From positions 32,001 to 96,000 of the IMG/VR virus record IMGVR_UViG_3300044981_000387: a stretch of 64,000 nt of DNA. One strand, written 5' to 3'. The notes below the pieces were generated by a model that was not told the origin of the DNA, searched no databases, and saw only the letters and a program-made list of their open reading frames with translations. This document shows, in pieces, positions 1 through 9,342 of the stretch. How positions within the stretch are numbered: position 1 is the first letter of the stretch; each line of letters starts with the position of its first letter. The position numbers and the translations under genes are program-made. The stretch comes from a virus.

Positions 1-195
1 CCTCCTATACAAAATTATGAACTGGTCATGACAATCTAGAAAAGCCATATCAGGAGAGATCTCTTTAAGAAATCCTTGTTCAATTAATACCATTTTGTTA
101 AGAGCATAAAAAAGTAAGAAACGATAGAACTTATTAGGTTCTCCTGCCTCCATATATTTTGGAACAAATTTCTCTTTCAATAGCTCTGCACTCAT
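1..195 (-). CDS. hypothetical protein, partial (runs off the window start)
   Basis: ATG at 195, open frame MSAELLKEKFVPKY... to the window edge; TGATATA motif just upstream. Confidence 0.6.
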   Translation of the reverse strand, partial: MSAELLKEKFVPKYMEAGEPNKFYRFLLFYALNKMVLIEQGFLKEISPDMAFLDCHDQFIILYRR

Positions 196-219
196 TGTAT
201 CTGTATATCAAAATATACA

Positions 220-813
220 TTATTTATCGTATAAATGTGGAATGATCCGATTATAAACCTCAAACTTCAAGTCTTTGATAGGATTATTATTAAATAATAC
301 ATAATCAAATTCTTCATCCAGAATAGCCGCTTGACCCGTCTCACTTATATGTTCTATTTTAGACTGACCAGTATCACGATACAAACGAATTAAATAAAAA
401 CCCTTACCACGCAGATAGTCAAACTCATTACGAAAACGCATGTCGGGCACCACCACAATACTTTTCTCATCAGTACTAGTGAAGCGTTGATTAAAATTAT
501 CAATCCATATATTGGGATTATAGCTTCTGCCTAACGTACCTATATCAATAAGCAGTTGACGCACCGTAAGAGGCACTCCGTTCTTAAAAGCTCCCGGTAC
601 TATTTCATTACGAAATCTAGAAGAGCCATATAAAAACTTCCTAGGTGTAGCTGGATACATATGACGAATCATTTCTTTCATAGGATCAGCAAAAGCCAAA
701 TAATAAGCAGACTTGTATTTAGTACCATAATACTCACGCAGTTGTCTTACCAACATCTTACCTAGTGTATTTTTGCCAGTATTAGCCTTTCCCATTATAC
801 CTATTTTATACAT
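220..813 (-). CDS. deoxynucleoside monophosphate kinase (T4 gp1-like)
   Basis: P-loop GKANTGKNT, FADPMKE, RQLLIDIGT and PDMRFRNEF motifs typical of phage dNMP kinases. Confidence 0.85.
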   Translation of the reverse strand: MYKIGIMGKANTGKNTLGKMLVRQLREYYGTKYKSAYYLAFADPMKEMIRHMYPATPRKFLYGSSRFRNEIVPGAFKNGVPLTVRQLLIDIGTLGRSYNPNIWIDNFNQRFTSTDEKSIVVVPDMRFRNEFDYLRGKGFYLIRLYRDTGQSKIEHISETGQAAILDEEFDYVLFNNNPIKDLKFEVYNRIIPHLYDK

Positions 814-822
814 TAACTCTCC

Positions 823-3030
823 TCACCACGAAGACACTACCTTTGCCTGGGATACCATATTTATATCTTGCTCCACTAAGATAGCATGTGAAAATTTATC
901 TTTTAACTGATCATTGTGAGTAATAACTAACACTGTAAAATCTTTTTGTAAAAACTTGATTATCTCGACGAAGGCGTCCACTCTACCCTTACTTAAGGAC
1001 TGATCTAACTCATCAAGCAGCAAAAACTTAATATCAATACCCAATAGGTTCTGCAATAGAAAAGAGATGCCTAATTTAAGACTAAACAATACCATTAACT
1101 GCATGGCTCCCGAAAGCTGTTCATAATAGCGTTTTTTACCACCCACTTGATACTGAATATCTAAAGTATCTGCCTCTGTTCCATCTCCTTTGGTCTTTTC
1201 AACAAAGAAAGAAAGTTGCAGGTTAGGTCTAAATTGAGTTAGTAATTTATTGACTTCTACTTGTAAGTCATCTAAAATATTATGAATAATAAGGTTAGGA
1301 ATACCGGTGCTAGAGAAGGCTTGGGCCACCAAAGGATATACGCCCAACTTGTTTTCTAAATCTAGAAACAGTTTAGATAGATCTTCTTTCTTTTGCTTAT
1401 CTAAGCCTCTTTGCGTAATACTGTGCTCTAATACGGCTTTGTTGCTGGTGAAATGAGTAACTTCTTTGTTAGCAATACCTATTTTATTAGCTACTTGGAC
1501 TATATTTTTCTTTTCAAGTTCAATTTGTTTCTGCAATATTTTAGCCTCTTCTAGAGAGGAGTTTTTTAACTCCTCTTGCGCTTTCAACAATTCTTGCTCT
1601 TTTTCCTTTAATTCATTAGAGTTTCTCTCTAAAGTGGCAGAATATTCATTATGTAAGTTACGCTTATCCGCTAATTCTTTTTTCTTGGTGACAATTTTAT
1701 TCATCACGCTCTCTAAATGTTGTTTAGAAAGGGTCGTACTATTAATAGCTTGTTGGTGAGCTTGAATTTCTAAGTTTAGCTTTTGCACGGCAATCTTGAT
1801 ATTTTTAATGTTAACCTGCAATTCCGTCATTCTAGTACGATCCTTAATCAAATGCTCTTGTCGGTGTTGATCGGTCATAGGCTGACGACAATGCTTGCAC
1901 ATACTATCAGTTGGCATAGGGATCTTTAGCTCCTCATATTCTTCCATATCAGTCTTAATGCTAACATTATGTTGTGTCACCAACACCTTTTTGTTTTCTA
2001 TTTTTTCGGAAAGAATATCTATTTGAGCGTAATCAATGGTTAAAAGTTGCGTTTGTGTTTCTTCTAATTGTTTAACCTCTATCACTAATTCGCGAGCTTC
2101 CTTAACGATGTTAGATTTCTTAGTTTGATATTCTTTAACAGTAGTTTCTAATCTGCTTTTAGCTTGTATAATAGTTTGTTCGATGGCTAATGAAGCAGAA
2201 AACTTACTTTCCAAACCATTATAGTCGTTAGTGAGCTGACTCACCTTATTGTTGAGCCGCTCTATTTCCTCTTGATAAGTAGACATCAACAATAGACTAG
2301 AGGCTAAGTTCTTTTCCACCTCTATCATTTGAGTACGCATTTTTAGTAAATCGACTTCAGGATCTCCCAGCCCCTCAATCAGAGCGCGAACACGATCTAA
2401 CTCTCTGGAAAGGGCAGCAGACTTATCCTTAGTTAGTTTTTCTAGTTTAGCATAGATAACTAGATTCAGGGCATCTTTGAGAATAGCTTTTCGTTTTTCT
2501 GGAGTGGCAGTCGCTAGACTGGTAAAATCATGTTGTACAAAATGCACAAAGGTTCTGAATGACTTATAGTTAATCTTAAGAAGCTTATTTAAGTCCTTCT
2601 CAGTATCTGCTGCGCGTCTGCCTGAAATGTCTTCCCAATACTTTTTATCAAACAATGTTTCATAGGTATCGGTATGCAAAACTTGTTCTATGGTGCCTAT
2701 TTCTGCCGTTCTTTCATATAAAGACAGATCAGTAGAGCCTTTAATCGTACGTGTGCGCGCGAGCCTATATTCTTTATCACCCATAATAAAATCGAATACC
2801 ACTTTACAAGAGGTCGCATCATCTCTGATAATGCTTTCTAAATTGAAATTGGATTGATTGAATAACACATATTCAATAGACTTAAAAATGGTAGTTTTGC
2901 CTACACCATTAGCCTCAGCATCATTGCCTTCTGCCCTACCTACCAATATAGCTGAACTAAATTGAGTGAAATCTATGTAGGCCCAATCATAGCACATAAA
3001 ATCATTTATGTATAAACGCAAAGGTCTCAT
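823..3030 (-). CDS. sbcC: SbcC/Rad50-like SMC ATPase (gp46-like recombination nuclease subunit)
   Basis: Walker A NGVGKTT, long coiled coil with central CKHC zinc hook, signature LSG, Walker B LLLDELD, ITHN. Confidence 0.93.
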   Translation of the reverse strand: MRPLRLYINDFMCYDWAYIDFTQFSSAILVGRAEGNDAEANGVGKTTIFKSIEYVLFNQSNFNLESIIRDDATSCKVVFDFIMGDKEYRLARTRTIKGSTDLSLYERTAEIGTIEQVLHTDTYETLFDKKYWEDISGRRAADTEKDLNKLLKINYKSFRTFVHFVQHDFTSLATATPEKRKAILKDALNLVIYAKLEKLTKDKSAALSRELDRVRALIEGLGDPEVDLLKMRTQMIEVEKNLASSLLLMSTYQEEIERLNNKVSQLTNDYNGLESKFSASLAIEQTIIQAKSRLETTVKEYQTKKSNIVKEARELVIEVKQLEETQTQLLTIDYAQIDILSEKIENKKVLVTQHNVSIKTDMEEYEELKIPMPTDSMCKHCRQPMTDQHRQEHLIKDRTRMTELQVNIKNIKIAVQKLNLEIQAHQQAINSTTLSKQHLESVMNKIVTKKKELADKRNLHNEYSATLERNSNELKEKEQELLKAQEELKNSSLEEAKILQKQIELEKKNIVQVANKIGIANKEVTHFTSNKAVLEHSITQRGLDKQKKEDLSKLFLDLENKLGVYPLVAQAFSSTGIPNLIIHNILDDLQVEVNKLLTQFRPNLQLSFFVEKTKGDGTEADTLDIQYQVGGKKRYYEQLSGAMQLMVLFSLKLGISFLLQNLLGIDIKFLLLDELDQSLSKGRVDAFVEIIKFLQKDFTVLVITHNDQLKDKFSHAILVEQDINMVSQAKVVSSW

Positions 3031-4217
3031 TCTTTGGCCTCTAGTTTATTAAGAACCACTATTTCCATAGCCAATTCAGTAAAAGCAGGACGCAATTTAT
3101 CCTCAATATATTTATCGGCATATGTTTTAATGGAAGTAGATACGTCCATCTTGGTATCGATAGTATTATTACTATCTTTTTTGATTAGCGATATTTTTTT
3201 GGATTCAGTAATGCCAGTAATATTAAAAGCCCCTTGAGACGATAAATATTTTTCAATAGTCGCTTTGTTAACTGATTTAAGCTCGGGTGCCGCTAAAGAT
3301 ACTTCTACTCGCACAATAGATTTATCCCAGGTTTTTTCCTGTTTTAATTGTTCTAACACATATTCTGTTGGATCTTCAGTATCTTTGGGGACCACTACAC
3401 TGAACTTCTTTAAGGCACGAGTAGGAAGATATTCGGTGTCCCATTGTCCAGTCATACAATCAAAAATAACGATATGCTTCTTTTGATCAGTTTCACTAAA
3501 ATTAGAAATATCCATACTGCCAATGTGAGCAATATGAGGAGATTTTTGCATTACCTGTGGTGCATGCACATGGCCCATCCATGTGTAATTATAGCCTTGA
3601 AACATATCTAAAGGACAAAATAATTCATTAGTAATATCATCGATTTCATCGCCTACCGGAATGGATCCTTCGATAGCTAAATGACCTACCAGCACTTTTT
3701 GATAGGTAACGGGAATGCTAGCCAACTCATACACTAAACTATCTCGTAACAAAGAAATGGCTTCTGCATTAGAACTTACACTAAAAGCCTTTCTATCACG
3801 ATAAGGCATAAAAGTGAAAGCAGTTCTATCTATTAGAATAGTATCAATATCTCGATACACACTGACATTATCTAGATCCACTTCACTAATAACATCTAGC
3901 GGAGAGGCATATACGAAGCCACTACGCAAAATATCATGATTGCCTAAAATGATATGAACATTAACTCCATGCACTTGACACTTTTTAAGCCAAGCAACAA
4001 AAATAGCTAGCAACGAAGGATGTGGTTTAGGGTCCTCAAACACATCTCCAGTGATGATGATATGTTCTGAATGATGCTCTAAAGCCCTATCCAGCGTCCA
4101 CTCTAACAAATTGATCTGATCAACGATGCGACTATTGAGATTAGCACCTAATACAATTTTACCAATTGAGGTACCTTTTCCAAGGTGCGGATCGCCTAAA
4201 AGTATTACATTTGACAT
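3027..4217 (-). CDS. sbcD: SbcD/Mre11-like metallophosphoesterase nuclease (gp47-like)
   Basis: GDPHLG, GDVFE, GNHD, GHL and GHVH phosphoesterase motifs; 4-bp overlap with sbcC. Confidence 0.92.
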   Translation of the reverse strand: MSNVILLGDPHLGKGTSIGKIVLGANLNSRIVDQINLLEWTLDRALEHHSEHIIITGDVFEDPKPHPSLLAIFVAWLKKCQVHGVNVHIILGNHDILRSGFVYASPLDVISEVDLDNVSVYRDIDTILIDRTAFTFMPYRDRKAFSVSSNAEAISLLRDSLVYELASIPVTYQKVLVGHLAIEGSIPVGDEIDDITNELFCPLDMFQGYNYTWMGHVHAPQVMQKSPHIAHIGSMDISNFSETDQKKHIVIFDCMTGQWDTEYLPTRALKKFSVVVPKDTEDPTEYVLEQLKQEKTWDKSIVRVEVSLAAPELKSVNKATIEKYLSSQGAFNITGITESKKISLIKKDSNNTIDTKMDVSTSIKTYADKYIEDKLRPAFTELAMEIVVLNKLEAKE

Positions 4218-4837
4218 GTGTAAAAAGTTATCTGGTCCTTTATACGCTCTACTATACGACGTAAGGCGTCGTTATCGTGATCGCGTGTGAGGTTGTGCTG
4301 ATCATATACCCAGCACATTCCTTCGATAAACTTTTGTGATTTTTCATCATTATGAGATTGACGAAATTCTCGAACAGTATTGGAGAGGTCTAGCATAATT
4401 TCTAGGCGCTCAGAAAAGTCTTGCTTACTAACAATACTATCGCTATCCACATCGGTAGCAAATATTTCCAAAATCTTTTTAGCAGCTTTGTCCCAAGAAA
4501 CTCCCTCTAAAGCTGCAATAAATTGACACCCATGTGCGAATGGGCTACCAATTCCACAACCAAAACACTTAAAACTATTGGTATCTGGATAATACCAAAA
4601 GGAAGGTGAGTTCTCGCGACCACCCTTATGAGACTTAAAGGGGCAGGTAATTTTGCGATTGTGCGCATCTATGCGCAAACGATAGTGCTTGAATATATTA
4701 ATAAGTGGAACCGTATTAGCTAGATTAATTAGGTCTTGATCAGGATCTTGTCCAACAAAAGCTGCTGCAATATCTCTAGCCTCCCCTGATGCCTGGCTGT
4801 AGCTATTGGATCCGGTTGAATTTGATATTGGGCGCAT
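4205..4837 (-). CDS. CHC2 zinc-finger (DnaG primase N-terminal-type) protein without a TOPRIM domain
   Basis: CPFKSH...ENSPSF...FKCFGCG motif. Confidence 0.8.
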   Translation of the reverse strand: MRPISNSTGSNSYSQASGEARDIAAAFVGQDPDQDLINLANTVPLINIFKHYRLRIDAHNRKITCPFKSHKGGRENSPSFWYYPDTNSFKCFGCGIGSPFAHGCQFIAALEGVSWDKAAKKILEIFATDVDSDSIVSKQDFSERLEIMLDLSNTVREFRQSHNDEKSQKFIEGMCWVYDQHNLTRDHDNDALRRIVERIKDQITFYTCQM

Positions 4838-4915
4838 GACTGGGTATACTTTCCAAAATTTTCTTTTTCTTCCGAAATAAGTGCCAATAGCACCTCTTTG
4901 GGCGTCATAGTCATA

Positions 4916-5425
4916 TTATCCACTAACTTTTTTAGTGTCAAGTATCCTAGCAATTTCTTTAGTTACAAAATCAGTAAGAACGTTACCATCAATCTTTTTG
5001 TTTGTTTGAGTAAGAGCATATTCTAATTGATTAATACGATCTCGTTGATCAAAACAAGTATTGAAAAGCACAATAATCCAAATTAAAGAACCATCACTTT
5101 CTTCTTCATTAATGTCATTATTAATGTCTTTAGCTAATTGTACCATATTTTGTAATAGCTCGCGCTTAGTTTCCAAAGCGAAAACATTCTTATTTTGCGG
5201 AAGCGTTTTATCCGCCATCATCTTAGCAAATTGCATTGCTAGATCAGAGGCGCGCACTTTATAAGAAGAAGCACGTTCTTGCGAAGAATGTACTTGTTGC
5301 TGAAAATCCTGTGGCGTTGGTTTCTTAGCCGAACCATCAAACATAGACTTCTGCGAACTAACATTCTTTAAGGTAACTTTATTTTCTCTAGGCCCCTTGG
5401 GCTCTTCGTCAAATGGACCTGGCAT
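4916..5425 (-). CDS. hypothetical protein
   Basis: 169-aa ORF in operon context. Confidence 0.7.
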   Translation of the reverse strand: MPGPFDEEPKGPRENKVTLKNVSSQKSMFDGSAKKPTPQDFQQQVHSSQERASSYKVRASDLAMQFAKMMADKTLPQNKNVFALETKRELLQNMVQLAKDINNDINEEESDGSLIWIIVLFNTCFDQRDRINQLEYALTQTNKKIDGNVLTDFVTKEIARILDTKKVSG

Positions 5426-5431
5426 AATACC

Positions 5432-5761
5432 TCAAAACTTTTTTGGAACTGGAAGTGGGGCAGGAGCACGAGAAATAACAACAAACCTATCTACTAACTC
5501 TACCACAAACTTATTGCCCACGGCTGCCTCTAAAGATGGCAAAGTAGCCGTAGAACGAACCGTAGCATAGAGTTTAGTTGGGTCAATTCGAGATTCTGGA
5601 CTAACATGATCTGCTACCGTTTGATTAGGTAAAGCAAACATATTAATGGGTAACAGCTTAATTTCATCCCAGATTTTTTCGGCATCAGTCTTTACTACTG
5701 GAAGAGGAGCAACCACTGGAGCAGCTACCTTTGGTTGGGATTTCTTGGTTTTCTTTGGCAT
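5432..5761 (-). CDS. hypothetical protein
   Basis: 109-aa ORF, GGAG-like SD upstream. Confidence 0.7.
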   Translation of the reverse strand: MPKKTKKSQPKVAAPVVAPLPVVKTDAEKIWDEIKLLPINMFALPNQTVADHVSPESRIDPTKLYATVRSTATLPSLEAAVGNKFVVELVDRFVVISRAPAPLPVPKKF

Positions 5762-5781
5762 ATTTTTCTCCGTTTATGAAC

Positions 5782-6090
5782 TCACAAAATACATATATCA
5801 GCAAAAGCGTCGTTAAAATCCTGCTTTTTGATAGATCCCTCTAATCTCTTTACCTCTCGACCCTCTTTTAGAAGTAGTAGGGTTGGAACAGACAATACAG
5901 CAAATCTAATACATTGAGTATGAAAGTGGTCAGCATCAATAGCTAAGTAGCTGACATCTTTGTATTTTTCTTCTATTTGGGAAATAACATAAACCAATTT
6001 ACTATGAAATGGCATCCAGGTAGTATAAAAATATAATGCCTGGAGAGACTTATCTAATTTAATTTCTTCTTCTTGAGTAATAAATAGCAT
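5782..6090 (-). CDS. thioredoxin-fold protein lacking CxxC
   Basis: FYTTWMPFH in place of WCxxC; AIDAD, VLSVPTLLLLKEGREVKRLEG. Confidence 0.75.
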   Translation of the reverse strand: MLFITQEEEIKLDKSLQALYFYTTWMPFHSKLVYVISQIEEKYKDVSYLAIDADHFHTQCIRFAVLSVPTLLLLKEGREVKRLEGSIKKQDFNDAFADICIL

Positions 6091-6341
6091 TAATTTTTGA
6101 GTTCTTTTTTAACATCTCTGCCTAAAGAATCCACAAAATCATCTAAATCTTTGGAAGAATTAACTTTATCCATAATAACTTTGGTTACTTTTTCTACCAA
6201 AGCCTCTGTTATATTACTTAACTCATCGGTAGTGATTAGACCTTTCTCTAAAAGCACTCGTTCTAAGGCAGTCAGCCTCAACATAGTATCAGCCAACAAA
6301 TTATCGTAAGTAAAGTCGGCTGGGCTCTTTTTATCAGTCAT
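6090..6341 (-). CDS. hypothetical protein
   Basis: likely start MTDKK at 6341, overlapping the end of the def gene. Confidence 0.65.
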   Translation of the reverse strand: MTDKKSPADFTYDNLLADTMLRLTALERVLLEKGLITTDELSNITEALVEKVTKVIMDKVNSSKDLDDFVDSLGRDVKKELKN

Positions 6342-6870
6342 ATTGCCTCCCACAGCATTTCTTATATTTTTTTCCAGAATTACAGGGACAGGCATCATTA
6401 GGGCCCGTCCTCAATTTCTTCGATACTACTACCGGCTTAGGAATCATACGATCCATAAAGAGAGTAGAATTGAGGTGATCCAACTCATGCTGACAAATAA
6501 CTGCTAGCAATCCAGTCGTAGTAAAACTATGAGGCGCTACCAAATTATCAATAATGTAAACCTCTTGAAAACGAATAGTGTCTTCCACGCGACCCGGAAA
6601 AGACAGGCACCCCTCTTCTTGAAAAGTGGCAGGATCGAACCCTTGCTTAATTTGACAATTAACTAAATCCAACTTGACATTATCTATACGCACAATAGCA
6701 ATTTTTTTAGCAATACCGATTTGTGGAGCAGCTAAACCGATACCCCCTTTACCTAATCGATTGGCATATTCCAATTCTTTTTCTAGAGTTTCTATTAAAG
6801 TGCCCACCTCGTTTGGTAAAACCTCTTCGCACTTAACTCTTAATAGTTCTTCATTATTAGTGATGATCAT
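6334..6870 (-). CDS. def: peptide deformylase with C-terminal SEC-C zinc motif
   Basis: GIGLAAPQIG, EGCLSFP, QHELDHL; C-terminal GPNDACPCNSGKKYKKCC. Confidence 0.93.
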   Translation of the reverse strand: MIITNNEELLRVKCEEVLPNEVGTLIETLEKELEYANRLGKGGIGLAAPQIGIAKKIAIVRIDNVKLDLVNCQIKQGFDPATFQEEGCLSFPGRVEDTIRFQEVYIIDNLVAPHSFTTTGLLAVICQHELDHLNSTLFMDRMIPKPVVVSKKLRTGPNDACPCNSGKKYKKCCGRQYD

Positions 6871-6890
6871 TACTTACCTATATAACTAAC

Positions 6891-7091
6891 TTATTTACCA
6901 CCGCAACCACAGCCTTTGTTAAAAACGGGCGGATTGGGATTTACTTTCTTAAGACACGCCGAACAAATCTTATCAGTTAATGAACAATATTCGCATATAA
7001 CTGCCACGGTCACTAGCACCTCGCCTTGACAACGAATGCATTTCTTCTTAGTATATAAAAAGGCAAGTTTGCTGCAGCTGCTACACATCAT
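6891..7091 (-). CDS. small Cys-rich (zinc-binding) protein
   Basis: four CxxC pairs plus CGCG in 66 aa. Confidence 0.6.
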   Translation of the reverse strand: MMCSSCSKLAFLYTKKKCIRCQGEVLVTVAVICEYCSLTDKICSACLKKVNPNPPVFNKGCGCGGK

Positions 7092-7130
7092 CTTACCAAT
7101 ATTCTAATATATACATACAACGGAGGACAC

Positions 7131-7292
7131 ATGGATCTTTTCTTCCCATTTATCTACGAACCCGAGCAAGATAAAAAGAAAGAGTTTGAGCCCGAACCGC
7201 TTTACATAGAGTTGTATCCACCACCTCTTAAAAAGGTAGAAGAAGAGTCAGATAAAGAAGATGACCATGGGATCATCATCATTCAATTATGA
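7131..7292 (+). CDS. small acidic hypothetical protein (53 aa, not in ORF track)
   Basis: SD GGAGG then ATG at 7131; MDLFFPFIYEPEQDKKKEFEPEPLYIELYPPP...; TGA at 7290-7292. Confidence 0.65.
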   Translation: MDLFFPFIYEPEQDKKKEFEPEPLYIELYPPPLKKVEEESDKEDDHGIIIIQL

Positions 7293-7541
7293 ATTCTTTT
7301 TAACGACAGTTTCCAGAATATCAGAAGCTTCCTTGAAATTAGCCATAGCTGCGGCGGACCATAAATAAGAATTAATAATTTCACGCGCTTGACGATAGTC
7401 TTCCGCAGGATCGCATTGATCTAGACAGGCTTGGCAAATCTTAAAACGGGTCACGTTAATTTTGGACAAAGCTACGCTCTGGAGTTCTTCGGAATCAAAC
7501 TCATGGGAACAGATCATGCAATTTGCGGCTCTTGTCGTCAT
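7287..7541 (-). CDS. small zinc-binding hypothetical protein
   Basis: CMIC...CQAC pairs. Confidence 0.6.
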   Translation of the reverse strand: MTTRAANCMICSHEFDSEELQSVALSKINVTRFKICQACLDQCDPAEDYRQAREIINSYLWSAAAMANFKEASDILETVVKKNS

Positions 7542-7616
7542 AGCAATACCCCTATATCAAAAGGTATAGATATGCCTCATTATTCATTTATTTCCTTTAT
7601 TCATATCTTGTTCGAT

Positions 7617-8126
7617 TTACGCCGTCAAAAAGTTGTCCCACTCTGGATGCCAATGCTCCTGAGGGTCTGCCACATAATATTGAGCACTAAATGACGGATG
7701 GGTTGGCTTACGTAATAAGATCATGTCAGCTTGTTCGGGCGTTCTATCTGCCTTTTTGTTATTACAAATCTGACAACAGGCCACACAATTAACGAAAGAG
7801 GTAACACCTCCCTGAGCTCTGGGAAGCACGTGATCGATGGTAATTTGTGAGGCAGTTAGTTTCTTACCACAATACTGGCAAGTGCTCCTATCTCTTTTAA
7901 CTAAAGCTTTACGAGAAAAGTTAGAATTAAAATAATTACGTTTGACGTGGTTCTTCAACCTTAGAATAGAAGGCTGCTTAATCCTACCTGAACCCCAAGT
8001 GATAACATCTTCCCAGGTGGAAATAACCTCCACTTTATCCTTGAATAGGAGCTTGAACATTTTGCGCTCAGGTATGAAACTCAATACTTCATACGACGCG
8101 TTAAGTAGTAACGCCTTTTTTGACAT
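7617..8126 (-). CDS. HNH endonuclease (McrA-like)
   Basis: CQYCG, TIDHVLPRAQGG, NCVACCQICNNKK. Confidence 0.9.
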   Translation of the reverse strand: MSKKALLLNASYEVLSFIPERKMFKLLFKDKVEVISTWEDVITWGSGRIKQPSILRLKNHVKRNYFNSNFSRKALVKRDRSTCQYCGKKLTASQITIDHVLPRAQGGVTSFVNCVACCQICNNKKADRTPEQADMILLRKPTHPSFSAQYYVADPQEHWHPEWDNFLTA

Positions 8127-8147
8127 GATAATCTCGAATAACCTCCG

Positions 8148-8876
8148 TTACTTTAATTGATCTAAAGCATCTCTAATATCTAATCCATCTATTTCGTTTC
8201 CCAAACAAGTCCAACCGGGACGAATGCGCCTGGCAAATAATTCAATTTTTTTGGAATCTGGAAACATAATTTCTAATGAATCTTGCAAAGCTTCAGGTTT
8301 AGCGGAATGTTTCAGGTTTTCCGCAAAACAAACTGAACGCCGTGACTTGTTCTGTAGTTGCTTATACACCGCATTACTGCTGGTGCCTACCAAACAAATT
8401 TCATGAGTCTGTCTAAATAAACGACCCATACCGAAAGCGAGTATATCACTAAAATCTAAAAATCCTAATTTGCCTGCAATCGTCATTGCCACAGATTCAA
8501 TTTCTGATTTGAGATCCTTCGGAGTAAACTGATGTTCAAGAAGATACTTGATCATAAGAATACCCCTTTTCTTTAAGGACTTATACTCATCTTCATATGG
8601 ATTCTTCTTGGTTTTGACCCAGATATAGGTTTGCTTGTGCTTGAAGCCCCAGGCCTTCATGGTATCCAGTCCCTCTTGCAATAAAGAGCTGGGCACCCAT
8701 AAACATAACACAGCTCCAATGGGATTGCAAATGTCTTTTATTGGCAGCTGCTGAATATCAGAAATTGTCATGGTAGAGTAGTTGGCTTGTGCCCCACGCT
8801 TGATATCTGACATTCGTAGTTTATCAGAAAATGACCAGGGACAGTCTGCAACTATCACATCAAACTTCTTACTCAT
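8148..8876 (-). CDS. MT-A70 family adenine methyltransferase
   Basis: DVIVADCPW (variant of DPPW), LCLWV, AWGF, HSAKPE, IELFARR. Confidence 0.85.
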   Translation of the reverse strand: MSKKFDVIVADCPWSFSDKLRMSDIKRGAQANYSTMTISDIQQLPIKDICNPIGAVLCLWVPSSLLQEGLDTMKAWGFKHKQTYIWVKTKKNPYEDEYKSLKKRGILMIKYLLEHQFTPKDLKSEIESVAMTIAGKLGFLDFSDILAFGMGRLFRQTHEICLVGTSSNAVYKQLQNKSRRSVCFAENLKHSAKPEALQDSLEIMFPDSKKIELFARRIRPGWTCLGNEIDGLDIRDALDQLK

Positions 8877-9154
8877 ACTTGCTTCTCCTGTTTCGACTTC
8901 ATTAAAAATAATATGGCACGGGCCTCTTCTAAATCAAAAGGGGAGCCTTCATCACCACAAAATCTTCCAGCTCGTTGAAGCAAAAATAAACAAGCCCTTA
9001 ATTCATCTATTGTAGCATTATCGGGATCCAATACGGTCTTGGCCCAAAGGGCGTCCAATTCAACAGGACCACCTTTAACAAACTTATACCCATTAAACGA
9101 TAAAGCAAATTGTGCAATAGTTTCCCAATTAGAATCAATATCTAGTATATTCAT
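8873..9154 (-). CDS. hypothetical protein
   Basis: 93-aa ORF with 4-bp overlap to the next gene. Confidence 0.6.
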   Translation of the reverse strand: MNILDIDSNWETIAQFALSFNGYKFVKGGPVELDALWAKTVLDPDNATIDELRACLFLLQRAGRFCGDEGSPFDLEEARAILFLMKSKQEKQV

Positions 9155-9159
9155 TTGTT

Positions 9160-9342
9160 TTATAGTTTGCGAACCTCAATAGAATATTTACTACCCTGAC
9201 CATCATCCACAATGATGGTTTGAGCATTCTCAGTTGGGGGCTGGATTGTTAAACTTTTAATAAGAGTATCTTTATAATGCTCCTCCGACAACGATAAACA
9301 AATTAATTCAATTATTAGATCAATAAACATACGAACCACCAA
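9160..9342 (-). CDS. hypothetical protein
   Basis: 60-aa ORF in operon. Confidence 0.5.
   Translation of the reverse strand: MVVRMFIDLIIELICLSLSEEHYKDTLIKSLTIQPPTENAQTIIVDDGQGSKYSIEVRKL

Noticed and set aside
1466-1759. Antisense and nested ORFs in the track (also for example 10529..10858, 51876..52250, 53426..53839, 54575..55009)
   Set aside because: They lie opposite or inside well-supported genes and have no motifs or SD sequences.
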